Below are positions 1 through 7,977 of a stretch of 32,000 nucleotides of DNA, in pieces; the stretch's first letter is position 1, and every line of letters begins with the position of its first letter. The position numbers were made by a program, and so were the translations under genes. Source of the DNA: Scytonematopsis contorta HA4267-MV1 (GTDB lineage Bacteria > Cyanobacteriota > Cyanobacteriia > Cyanobacteriales > Nostocaceae); NCBI GenBank assembly GCA_019359035.1, contig JAHHIC010000067.1, positions 78,078-110,077 on the forward strand, read 5' to 3'. The notes below the pieces were generated by a model. That model made no database searches. It saw only the letters and a program-made list of their open reading frames with translations, and was not told the DNA's origin.

Positions 1-60
1 TTTCAGAGTTATGTTTTTTTAATTTTAGTTATATTTTAATAACCATCAATAAGTAAAATT

Positions 61-308
61 GTAGTGCGGGCATCTTGCCCGCCTCAAGTAGCAAGCAAGA
101 TGCCGCCTCAAGTAGCAAGCAAGATGCCGCCTCAAGTAGCAAGCAAGATGCCGCCTCAAGTAGCAAGCAAGATGCCGCCTCAAGTAGCAAGCAAGATGCC
201 GCCTCAAGTAGCAAGCAAGATGCCTGCCTCAAGTAGCAAGCAAGATGCCTGCCTCAAGCAGCAAGCTGTCCGGCCCGCCTCAAGTAGCAAGCAAGATGCT
301 TGCACTAC
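61..308. repeat. Tandem array of about 9 copies of a 24-25 bp unit (GCCTCAAGTAGCAAGCAAGATGCC), bounded by inverted hairpin motifs
   Basis: Units start at 81, 105, 129, 153, 177, 201, 226, 251 and 277. The left end is GTAGT-GCGGGCA-TCT-TGCCCGC (61-82). The right end, GCAAGCA-AGA-TGCTTGC-ACTAC (287-308), is the inverted counterpart. The array abuts the ABC gene stop codon (309-311). Confidence 0.9.
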
Positions 309-2159
309 CTATAGTTTTCGTAAATCCTTTAAAGTAGGCGAACTTACATAAGATTCTGCTTGCATGTTGTATAACTTTGCATATGTACCTTGATTATTTA
401 TAAGCGCCTCATGTGTACCGTATTCTATAATTCGTCCATCTTGTAAAACAGCAATCGTATCAGCCATTCGCACAGTGCTAAAGCGATGTGAAATTAAAAC
501 ACCAGTACGTTCTAGCATGAGTTGAGCAAAATGACTATAAAGTTCATATTCAGCCTGAGCATCCAACGCTGCAGTTGGTTCATCTAAAATAAGTAAATCC
601 GCAGAACGGGAAAACATGCGAGCAGTTGCCACCCTTTGCCATTGACCCCCTGACAAATCAATACCCTGCTCTTCCTCAGCAAACATCCGGCTTAACTCGG
701 TCTCATAACCTTGGGGTAAACGCATAATATCATCATGAATGCTTGCTTGTTGTGCCGCTTGCTGTATGCAAGTAATATCATCAATTTTAGCTAAATTCCC
801 TAAACCTATATTCTCGCGCACTGTCAAATCATATCGCATAAAGTCCTGGAAAATAGTACCAATTCTTTGACGATATTCACTCGGTTGAAATTCGCGAATA
901 TCAATTCCATCCCACAAAATCTGTCCTTCAGATGGGTCATATAACCGAGTTAGTAACTTAACTAAGGTGGTTTTCCCAGCACCATTAAGTCCCACCAAAG
1001 CCAAACAACTACCAGCAGGAATCTTTAAATTGACATCGCGTAATATCCAGGGTTGCTGTTCGCTATAACGAAAAGAAACATGACGCAATTCTAACCCAGA
1101 TGAGAGTTTTGGCACCAACTGTGTAACCGATTGAACAGGTAATGCAGGTGGTAATGCTAATAAGTCTTGGTAATAGGAATGGAAAAGTATACTCTCATTA
1201 ATACCAGCAACTCCAGAAATAAATTGACTTAAAGCATCTTGAACCGAACTAACCGCACTTACATATAAGGTAATATCACCTAACGTAAGCTTTCTACTAA
1301 ATGCAGCAAGCACTACCATAATAAAGGCTATACTCGCTACAACACTAGAAAAAATACTTAAGCCCAACTCCCAACGTAACTCCCGTTGTTGTTGTTTTCG
1401 CTCTGCTTGATGAACCTGTTTATATAATTTAAGCAGTTTATGGAGAAAATATTGTCCCAGTCCGAAAAGGCGTACTTCCTTTGCAGCTTGTACACCAGCA
1501 AGTAAAAAGCTGTAATAAAACTTACGACGTTCCACGGGGCTAAGTTCAAAAGCAAGTCCAAACCGTTGCTGTCCTAATTTCAACTGCACAAGTAGTTGAG
1601 GGAAAGCCGCAAACAAAACGAGGTTAGCCAAAAAGAGATTGAACGAGAACAAGACACCAACAAAACTCAATAAAGTCACTAGACTTTGAATTAACTCTGT
1701 GAGAACATGCAGTGTCTGCTTAGAACTTTGCTCAGCACCTTCTTGAGCAAGACGAATCGTATCATAAACTTTAGGATTTTCAAAATGTGCGATTCCCTCA
1801 AAACGATTTATTTTTTGGTAAACAGTTGACTGAATTAGCACCGTCAGTCGTCGTCCGAGTTCGGCATTTAGGTAATTGCTCAGGTTGGGTAGCATTGCCG
1901 TAGCAACCATTAACATTGCCTGTACAACAAGCAACCAAATTAATTGCTCTTTCGACATTCTCCCACCAACCAGTAATTTTGCTAATCCATCAAATAACAC
2001 TTTAGTTACCCAAGCATTTGCTAGAGGGATTAGTCCTTGAAAAATTGTAATAATAAAAGTCCCTATACAAGCGGTCGGATATGCTTGCCATACCAGCTTA
2101 AGCATGTGGAATATAGATAGGAGAAATCGCGGTCTATGTTTAAGCTCGTCTAACATCAC
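309..2159 (-). CDS. ABC exporter, fused permease + ATPase (MsbA/MdlB-like half transporter) without a C39 peptidase domain
   Basis: 616-aa ORF. The N-terminal about 300 aa are hydrophobic (6-TM type). Motifs: Walker A GLNGAGKTT, signature LSGGQWQR, Walker B LLILDEPT, H-loop ISHR. Its start overlaps the upstream S26 gene by 20 nt. Confidence 0.9.
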   Translation of the reverse strand: MMLDELKHRPRFLLSIFHMLKLVWQAYPTACIGTFIITIFQGLIPLANAWVTKVLFDGLAKLLVGGRMSKEQLIWLLVVQAMLMVATAMLPNLSNYLNAELGRRLTVLIQSTVYQKINRFEGIAHFENPKVYDTIRLAQEGAEQSSKQTLHVLTELIQSLVTLLSFVGVLFSFNLFLANLVLFAAFPQLLVQLKLGQQRFGLAFELSPVERRKFYYSFLLAGVQAAKEVRLFGLGQYFLHKLLKLYKQVHQAERKQQQRELRWELGLSIFSSVVASIAFIMVVLAAFSRKLTLGDITLYVSAVSSVQDALSQFISGVAGINESILFHSYYQDLLALPPALPVQSVTQLVPKLSSGLELRHVSFRYSEQQPWILRDVNLKIPAGSCLALVGLNGAGKTTLVKLLTRLYDPSEGQILWDGIDIREFQPSEYRQRIGTIFQDFMRYDLTVRENIGLGNLAKIDDITCIQQAAQQASIHDDIMRLPQGYETELSRMFAEEEQGIDLSGGQWQRVATARMFSRSADLLILDEPTAALDAQAEYELYSHFAQLMLERTGVLISHRFSTVRMADTIAVLQDGRIIEYGTHEALINNQGTYAKLYNMQAESYVSSPTLKDLRKL

Positions 2160-2736
2160 TAGTTCCCCTCAGTTGCTGTAGGCTATCCAAATCAGAGTGA
2201 GGTAATAATTTCAATACAGCTATACCTGTTATAGCAGACAGAGGTATTGGTCCCACTGCTAAAGAATCCATACTAATTAGTCCATCTCCACGCAAAAAGC
2301 AATGGTTTTCTGGCACTTTCCAAACTAAATTTCCTTCTTCGTCGCAGTGCGATCGCAATTTTGTTTGCATAAACTCATGCAAGCTGGATATGGGAATACA
2401 CACCGTATCCCCAGGTAAACCAACGATGCGTTTAATAAATTTGGGACAGCTTGACTCAAATGGTATGTTTTCTCGGTCTAACTCGCTTATAGTATCAATA
2501 TCTAAAAATTCGTCTCCAGAAGACGGTACTTCTAACTCATTGATATTACCAATTACAATTTGCCCTTTACGTAACCAAAGATGTGGTAAGAGATTAAAGC
2601 TGAGTAAACGGTCAGCTTCCACAAGCGTTGGGAACATACTGTCACCATGTACTGTAGTGATAGTGAAATTCAATCTCACAAAAGCAATTATCACCAAACA
2701 TACAATAACTAAAATAGTCACTAGTTGTATCGACAT
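2140..2736 (-). CDS. S26-family signal peptidase I-like protease with a single N-terminal TM anchor
   Basis: 198-aa ORF with TM segment IQLVTILVIVCLVIIAFV. Box B GDSMFPTL carries the Ser nucleophile, box D KRIVGLPGD the general-base Lys, and box E is GDGLISMDS. AGGAAAC lies upstream of the ATG. Confidence 0.85.
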   Translation of the reverse strand: MSIQLVTILVIVCLVIIAFVRLNFTITTVHGDSMFPTLVEADRLLSFNLLPHLWLRKGQIVIGNINELEVPSSGDEFLDIDTISELDRENIPFESSCPKFIKRIVGLPGDTVCIPISSLHEFMQTKLRSHCDEEGNLVWKVPENHCFLRGDGLISMDSLAVGPIPLSAITGIAVLKLLPHSDLDSLQQLRGTSDVRRA

Positions 2737-2762
2737 GAGAATAGTTTCCTGTTTTTGAGAAA

Positions 2763-2794
2763 GACCTCTGGAGGCTCTGCAAACCTCAGAGGTC
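2763..2794 (-). promoter_or_regulatory. Stem-loop between the precursor peptide gene and the peptidase gene (possible attenuator or processing site)
   Basis: GACCTCTG (2763-2770) pairs with CAGAGGTC (2787-2794), and the stem extends through GAGG/CCTC with one bulge. On the minus strand it starts about 31 nt after the peptide stop. Only a short TTTCTC follows, so it is not a canonical intrinsic terminator. Confidence 0.4.
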
Positions 2795-2825
2795 AGTAGG
2801 TTGGGTTAAAGATTTTTACAGGTCT

Positions 2826-3017
2826 CTAGCAGGATACATAGAATGATGATGTTCTACAACCAAGCCAACCGCAACATCTTTCCTTACAGAATTTTCGACG
2901 ACGTATGCATGAAAAGCAGGTTCTCCAACAAAATGCAGCAGCATTCTCGGATGGTAAAAAGTAGCCCAGTAGTTTGTCAGCTACATTCGTGAAAAAATTG
3001 TTCGTTAGGTTATTCAT
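2826..3017 (-). CDS. 63-aa cysteine-rich cationic precursor peptide (putative 28-aa leader + 35-aa core with 8 Cys)
   Basis: A strong SD precedes the start (AGGAGAAAATC-ATG). The sequence is MNNLTNNFFTNVADKLLGYFLPSENAAA / FCWRTCFSCIRRRKFCKERCCGWLGCRTSSFYVSC. All 8 Cys lie in the last 35 aa. The gene sits inside an operon of redox, protease and export genes. Confidence 0.7.
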   Translation of the reverse strand: MNNLTNNFFTNVADKLLGYFLPSENAAAFCWRTCFSCIRRRKFCKERCCGWLGCRTSSFYVSC

Positions 3018-3130
3018 GATTTTCTCCTGTTTGACTTTGTTTTATGATTCTTGTTTTGGTACATTACATTCTGGTCATTTCTTCAAAACATTCATTAAGC
3101 ATCACCTCCTTTACTGAATTCAGCTTCATA

Positions 3131-3703
3131 TTAAACTATTGCCAATACTTGCATCAGTTGCTCCTCCCATCCAGGTTTAAACACACCAGCGGCTGCTACA
3201 TGACTATCATGGTTAATTATGCAGTAAGAGGGAGTAGCAAGAGCTTTGTAGTCACTAGCGAATGAATTACTTTCGTTGGGAGCAATCAGAACAGGTAGTG
3301 CCACATTATGCTTTTTCACAAATGTTTCCGTTTCCGCTTTATCCCCATCGGTATTCACTAGCAACATTTCTACACCAGCTTGCTTAGCTTTAGCAGCAAG
3401 AGCATTAAGCTTTGGTATTTTCTCCAAACATGGACTACAGTGAGGTGAAACAAAGATAAACGAAACTACTTTATGAGCATAGTCAGCAAGCGTCACAGTT
3501 TCACCAGTTAATTTTTGTGCTTGAAAATCAGGTGCTGAAATACCTTTTTCTAACCCCACATCCATGTCAGCAAAAGCAGACAAGTTTGTTGACATATCAT
3601 TGAATCTACGAATAAGAGCAATAGTTAACAACAGATTCAATAACACAACAATCCATAATAAAACTGAATTAGCAACCCAAATTCGTAACATAAATTCGTA
3701 CAC
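3131..3703 (-). CDS. Membrane-anchored TlpA/ResA-family thioredoxin-like thiol-disulfide oxidoreductase (MauD-like)
   Basis: N-terminal TM VANSVLLWIVVLLNLLLTIALI. The thioredoxin fold carries the CxxC motif in VSPHCSPC, preceded by APDFQAQKLTGETVTL, which is typical of the TlpA/AhpC-TSA family. The real start is probably the ATG at 3691 (MLRIWV...) behind AAGAGGTG, rather than the GTG at 3703. Confidence 0.85.
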   Translation of the reverse strand: MYEFMLRIWVANSVLLWIVVLLNLLLTIALIRRFNDMSTNLSAFADMDVGLEKGISAPDFQAQKLTGETVTLADYAHKVVSFIFVSPHCSPCLEKIPKLNALAAKAKQAGVEMLLVNTDGDKAETETFVKKHNVALPVLIAPNESNSFASDYKALATPSYCIINHDSHVAAAGVFKPGWEEQLMQVLAIV

Positions 3704-3706
3704 CTC

Positions 3707-3754
3707 TTGGTAATTTGATTGATTATTTAGTTGGTAATTTGATTGATTATTTAG
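3707..3754. repeat. Perfect 24-bp tandem duplication spanning the MauE-like stop codon
   Basis: TTGGTAATTTGATTGATTATTTAG occurs at 3707-3730 and again at 3731-3754, followed by a partial third copy (TTGG). Confidence 0.9.
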
Positions 3755-4269
3755 TTGGGTTGAAATAAACGGTAAATTTCACCTAATTGCGCCCAAATGA
3801 TAAAAAATGCTAGAGATACAAATCCTGTAATTCCGAAAGTTAAAGGCGTAATTGGATATGTTAATTCTGGCTTTGTAGCTAAGCAAGCACCACCACAAGA
3901 ACATAATAAAAAACCAAAGTTACGTAATAAATCTGCTTGTGAAACAGTATGTTGACTTGCTCCAAAACAATTGCAATTGACTTGAATATTACGAAACAAA
4001 ACCGAAGCTAGAGCAACTGAGAAAATAACTAACAAAACCGAAGCTAATGAAAAAGCAATTACCTGCCATCTAAACAAAAAGAGTACAACAAGTAATTCAC
4101 TGATTAAGACAATTGTGGCTACTAACGGTGTGAATAACTTGGGTAAGAGCTGAAATTCGCGTACCGAATTTGCGTATTGTGGAAAACTTTTTATTTTAGA
4201 AAGAGAAGATATCAAAAATAAAAAGCCCACTACAAGTTTACAAAAGACTAACAGACATGTGTACTGCAT
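3751..4269 (-). CDS. MauE/DoxX-family redox-associated integral membrane protein
   Basis: 172-aa polytopic hydrophobic ORF with Cys clusters VNCNCFG and LLCSCGGAC. As I recall it, the CxCFG motif is characteristic of the MauE family. It is the first gene of the minus-strand operon. Confidence 0.7.
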   Translation of the reverse strand: MQYTCLLVFCKLVVGFLFLISSLSKIKSFPQYANSVREFQLLPKLFTPLVATIVLISELLVVLFLFRWQVIAFSLASVLLVIFSVALASVLFRNIQVNCNCFGASQHTVSQADLLRNFGFLLCSCGGACLATKPELTYPITPLTFGITGFVSLAFFIIWAQLGEIYRLFQPN

Positions 4270-4490
4270 TTGGATTTTCTCTATGTTAAAAATCTCCTAT
4301 TTCTTAATTCAATTTCAATTTATTCACAATTGAATTATCTTGATATTCTCTTATATATATAATGTGACATCTAATCTAAAATTTCAAGTAGTTGCAATTT
4401 GTTTTTTACGCATAACTAAAGGAGTTATGTTTTCATTATTTCAATTTTTTATTAGTATCAATTTCTTCGTGTCCTTTGTGCCCTTCGTGG

Positions 4491-7400
4491 TTAATTTATT
4501 CTCCTACAAGATACAGGAGTCAACAAAGGGCTATAAGAACTAGTGTCAGAATTTGCGATTAAAACAACTTCCCCTTTATTGTCCAACACCCAACCAGTGG
4601 CTTCTATGATAGGTTCTACGGTCGGAACAGTTATTTTACTGATATCAGATGAACTATTGCGGTTTACAGTGCTTGGATAAAGAGTAATTAAATCTACCTC
4701 TACAGCATCAGTATTAAGAGCTTCACCTGGATTAGGAGGCAAACCACCGCGTCCGGTAATAATAAATTCGCTCTTTGCAGTAGTTCCACCAGTAGTACAG
4801 CCCTGCGCCACCTTAGTATCAACTGGTACAGTTGGCAACTCAATTAAGCCACTATTGGGGTCAACTTCAGGTGCATTGAGTTCTGTAGTACCACTTAATT
4901 CAGGACTAGCCCCAGTAACGGTGATGTCACTTGTTTTATCAGATTCCACATTTCGGAATTTGATGCCAAACAGACCTTCCGTGTTGATTCTTATTTTTCC
5001 TCCCCGAAAGTCGGTAGAATCAGCCCTAATATCGCTATTTTCAATTGCCGTTAATAGGTCTGTATTAATATTGATGTTTCCACCGATAACATTTTCACCT
5101 CTTGCGTTGGTAACAATATTACTATTACGGCTCATTATCAAATCTTGTGAATTAATATTAATTGTCGCCTGCAGCCTATTAGACTCAACTTTAGCACTGC
5201 CTGTGCTAGCGTTAAGTAAACCATTGTTGTTTAAACGGATAGAACGAGCATTTAATGCCATATTGCCAGCGGTTCCTGTTCCGGAACTCTGCACCGTCAC
5301 TGTAGCTCCATCTCGCACAAGTAAGGTATCAGTTTTAATCATCAAATCTCCTGCATCCCCTGTTGAGTTTGACTCTGTGGAAGCAAACAAGCCACTGGCA
5401 GACTGATTATTGGAACTTCTACCAATCAGTTGTACATCCTGGGCATCAATAGTTAAATTTCCCCCCTTGCCCGTAGCAAGTGTACCGTTACCCACCTGTG
5501 CCCCATTTTTGACTAACAAGGTATTAGTTTTAATCGTTAAATCTCCCGCATCCCCTGTTGAGTTTGGCTCTGCAGAAGAAAACAAGCCACTGGGAAACTG
5601 ATTATCAACGCTTTTACCAATAAGTTGCACGTCAATAGCATCAACGATTAAATTTCCCCCCTTACCCGCACCAGCTGTACCGTTACCCACCTGTGCTCCA
5701 TCTTTGATTAATAAGGTATTAGTTTTAATCGTTAAATCTCCTGCATTACCTATTGAGTTTGGCTCTGCTGAAGTGAGCAAGGCACTGGCAACCTGATTAT
5801 TGGAACTTCTACCAATCAGTTGTACATCTTGGGCATCAACCGTTAGAAAACCTCCCTTGCCCGTACCAAATGTACTAGCAATCACCTGTGCCCCATCTCT
5901 GACTAACAAAGTATTAGTTTTAATCGTCAAATCTCCGGCATCACCTGTTAAGTTTAATCCGGAAGCAGCAAACAAGCCAGTAGCGAGAACCTGACCATCG
6001 ACGGTTTTACCAGTCAGTTCAATGTTTTGGGCATTAACGCTTAAATTTCCCCCCTTGCCCGCATCACTAGTACTAACGCTCACCTGTGCCCCATCCTTAA
6101 CTAGCAAAGTATTAGTTTTAATCGTCAAATCTCCTGCATTCCCTGTTGAGTTTGACTGTGCGGAAGCAAGCGAGCCACTAATAAGTTGCATGTTTTGGGC
6201 ATCAACGGTTAAATTTCCCCCCTTGCCCGCACCACTAGTACTAGCACTTACCTGTGCCCCATCTTGAACTAACAAGGTATTAGTTCTAATCGTCAAATCT
6301 CCCGCGTCCCCTGTTGAGCCTTGCACAGTTCGAGCAAACAAGCCACTGGGCAAACCATCAGTATTTCTACCAATCAGTTGCACGTTTTGGGCATCAACGG
6401 TTAAATTACCCCCTTTACCCGTAGCAAAGGTAGCAGCAATTACAGCCCCATCATCAACAAGCAAAGTGTTTGCACTGATATTGACATCGCCCCCCTGTCC
6501 ATTTGCTTCTGTTACGTTAAAAATGACACTCCCATTGTTCAGAGTAATTCCTCCCGTTGCATTAACCTGAATATTTCCTGCCTTATTATTATTAGAAGCC
6601 AGTCCAGTCTCTATGCCTGCAAAAAGAAAACTTCTTTCTGTCATCTCTAAATTCCGGGCATTAACAGCGATACTACCACCATTACTAGCTGTAACTTTTA
6701 CGGACGCACCATTACTAAGGGAAATATTACTTCTTTCGGCGCTATCAGGAAAACTCAAGCTCAGATTATTTCCATCATTATTTAAGCCAACTATTCCCGC
6801 ACTTGTTAACCCACCTAACTCAATTCGTCCACCAAAAGCATACAAACCTCCAGCATTCATATTGATATCACCCCCAACCAACAGCAAACTCTTGCCATCT
6901 AGTACGCGCAAACCCCTTGCTATGGAATCAGAAGATTGATTCCAACCAGAGTCTGTAACTGAGTTATTTTCGATAGATGCTGCACGAACTTGGTTAAATA
7001 GCAAAGCAGAAGGATTAATTGTCAACAGTGGAGGAGTATTCGGATTTGTTGCACTGAAAAAATTGCCCTTACCAAACTCAATGGCATTAGCTGTACTCGC
7101 AACAAAAGAACCACCAATATTTAAAGAAGCATTACCACCAAAAACAATACCCGACGGATTAATTAGAAACAAGTTAGCTGTTCCGTTGGCTTTAATTATT
7201 CCATTAATGTTAGAGACAGACCCACCCGTGACTCGACTAAGAATGTTCTGAATATCTGTAGCATTATTAAATATTGCAGCACCACCCCTTGGGACAGAAA
7301 ATTCCCCAAAACTATGGAACAGGTTGCTTCCTGCTTGGGTTCCCCCAGTGATATTAAAGATGTTTCCCTCTCTCCGCACATTGGAGTTATTAGGTAAAGT

Positions 7401-7511
7401 ACCATCCGGTGTAATTTGAGCGTTCGCACAATTATTACTCCACAGGTTTGCACTACATATTGCAATACCTATAAACAAGCCCCAACGATTACTTATCTGG
7501 AACATTTGCAT
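4491..7511 (-). CDS. Filamentous haemagglutinin N-terminal (TPS) domain exoprotein, TpsA-like, with a beta-helical repeat body
   Basis: Signal peptide ...NCANA-QITPDG. TPS-domain motifs are NITGGTQAGSNLFHSFGEFSV and LFLINPSGIVFGG. The Gly/Asn/Thr-rich body contains repeated GDAGDLTIKTNTLLVxDGAQV...GKGGNLTVDAQ units. Confidence 0.9.
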   Translation of the reverse strand: MQMFQISNRWGLFIGIAICSANLWSNNCANAQITPDGTLPNNSNVRREGNIFNITGGTQAGSNLFHSFGEFSVPRGGAAIFNNATDIQNILSRVTGGSVSNINGIIKANGTANLFLINPSGIVFGGNASLNIGGSFVASTANAIEFGKGNFFSATNPNTPPLLTINPSALLFNQVRAASIENNSVTDSGWNQSSDSIARGLRVLDGKSLLLVGGDINMNAGGLYAFGGRIELGGLTSAGIVGLNNDGNNLSLSFPDSAERSNISLSNGASVKVTASNGGSIAVNARNLEMTERSFLFAGIETGLASNNNKAGNIQVNATGGITLNNGSVIFNVTEANGQGGDVNISANTLLVDDGAVIAATFATGKGGNLTVDAQNVQLIGRNTDGLPSGLFARTVQGSTGDAGDLTIRTNTLLVQDGAQVSASTSGAGKGGNLTVDAQNMQLISGSLASAQSNSTGNAGDLTIKTNTLLVKDGAQVSVSTSDAGKGGNLSVNAQNIELTGKTVDGQVLATGLFAASGLNLTGDAGDLTIKTNTLLVRDGAQVIASTFGTGKGGFLTVDAQDVQLIGRSSNNQVASALLTSAEPNSIGNAGDLTIKTNTLLIKDGAQVGNGTAGAGKGGNLIVDAIDVQLIGKSVDNQFPSGLFSSAEPNSTGDAGDLTIKTNTLLVKNGAQVGNGTLATGKGGNLTIDAQDVQLIGRSSNNQSASGLFASTESNSTGDAGDLMIKTDTLLVRDGATVTVQSSGTGTAGNMALNARSIRLNNNGLLNASTGSAKVESNRLQATININSQDLIMSRNSNIVTNARGENVIGGNININTDLLTAIENSDIRADSTDFRGGKIRINTEGLFGIKFRNVESDKTSDITVTGASPELSGTTELNAPEVDPNSGLIELPTVPVDTKVAQGCTTGGTTAKSEFIITGRGGLPPNPGEALNTDAVEVDLITLYPSTVNRNSSSDISKITVPTVEPIIEATGWVLDNKGEVVLIANSDTSSYSPLLTPVSCRRIN
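5230..6500. repeat. Intragenic tandem repeats of about 168-198 bp in the TpsA-like gene
   Basis: The marker G(T/A)(C/T)AAATCTCC recurs at 5341, 5536, 5731, 5926, 6124 and 6292, giving spacings of 195, 195, 195, 198 and 168 bp. Confidence 0.8.
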
Positions 7512-7518
7512 AATTCAA

Positions 7519-7581
7519 GTTGGCTGTTGGCTGTTGACTGTTGACTGTTGACTGTTGACTGTTGGCTGTTGACTGTTGACT
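7519..7581. repeat. STRR-type heptamer array, 9 x GTTG(A/G)CT (CAACAGT/CAGCCAA on the minus strand)
   Basis: Nine exact 7-bp periods from 7519 to 7581, starting 8 nt upstream of the TpsA-like ATG. On the mRNA-sense strand the unit reads AGTCAAC/CAACAGT, which matches the STRR3 heptamer described for heterocystous cyanobacteria. Confidence 0.85.
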
Positions 7582-7830
7582 CTATTTTTCAGATAGGATT
7601 GCTATATTAGGGCTTGAAGTTTAGTTAATGCTTTTGCTAATCTTTGTTTATTACTTCTCGGTTCAAAACATTAGAGGTTCTGCTATTTTTTACAAAGCTT
7701 AACGATAAAATATTAATCCGAAAACGAGTACTTTTGATACACAAACTCAACATTCAACTACTTACGTATAAAAAACTAATTTTTAAATATAATAGTCTCA
7801 AAATTGACAATTCTAATAAAACCTATTTCT

Positions 7831-7878
7831 AGTCCTCTTTAGAGGACTTTAGCTTTTAGACAGGGAATTTATTCCCTG
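7831..7878. repeat. Twin short hairpins in the divergent TpsA/CHAT intergenic region
   Basis: AGTCCTCT-TT-AGAGGACT lies at 7831-7848 and CAGGGAAT-TT-ATTCCCTG at 7861-7878. Function unknown. Confidence 0.5.
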
Positions 7879-7977
7879 GCTATCGTGGGAAGGGGTGGTA
7901 GTATTTAAGTAAATATAGTTATGATTATGACATGAATTTTTAGTGGTGCAATATGTCAGTTAAGAAGATTAAATGCA

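Noticed and set aside
61-308. Possibility that the three tandem arrays (61-308, 13175-13288, 22541-22858) are CRISPR arrays
   Set aside because: There are no unique spacers between the repeats because the whole unit is repeated. Units are only 24-46 bp in total and no cas genes are present.
29-351. ORFs 29..232(-) and 64..351(+) with highly repetitive translations (…ASCLLLEA… and …PPQVASKM…)
   Set aside because: They are simply the 24-bp tandem array read in frame. The periodic peptide, the lack of an RBS and the overlap on both strands all argue against coding.
2390-2758. 122-aa ORF on the plus strand opposite the S26 peptidase gene
   Set aside because: It lies almost entirely antisense to a CDS carrying all three signal-peptidase catalytic boxes, and it has no motif of its own.
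3075-3110. Consensus SD (AGGAGGTG, minus strand, 3103-3110) followed by a 6-codon mini-ORF MNVLKK* in the spacer upstream of the precursor gene
   Set aside because: It is too short to evaluate. It could be a leader peptide or a relic of a duplicated precursor start (MNNL…), but I cannot support either from sequence alone.
4270-4490. Promoter or operator for the peptide operon (AT-rich region with AATTCAAT…ATTGAATT inverted repeat at about 4306-4336)
   Set aside because: Many -10-like hexamers occur in this AT-rich spacer. I cannot single out a promoter or operator without TSS data.
4855-7465. Multiple 60-180-aa ORFs on both strands inside the TpsA-like gene (for example 4855..5406+, 5410..5601+, 6613..6939+, 7196..7465-)
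   Set aside because: They are shadow ORFs inside a long repetitive CDS with strong motif support. Their translations are low-complexity and repeat with the same period as the host gene.
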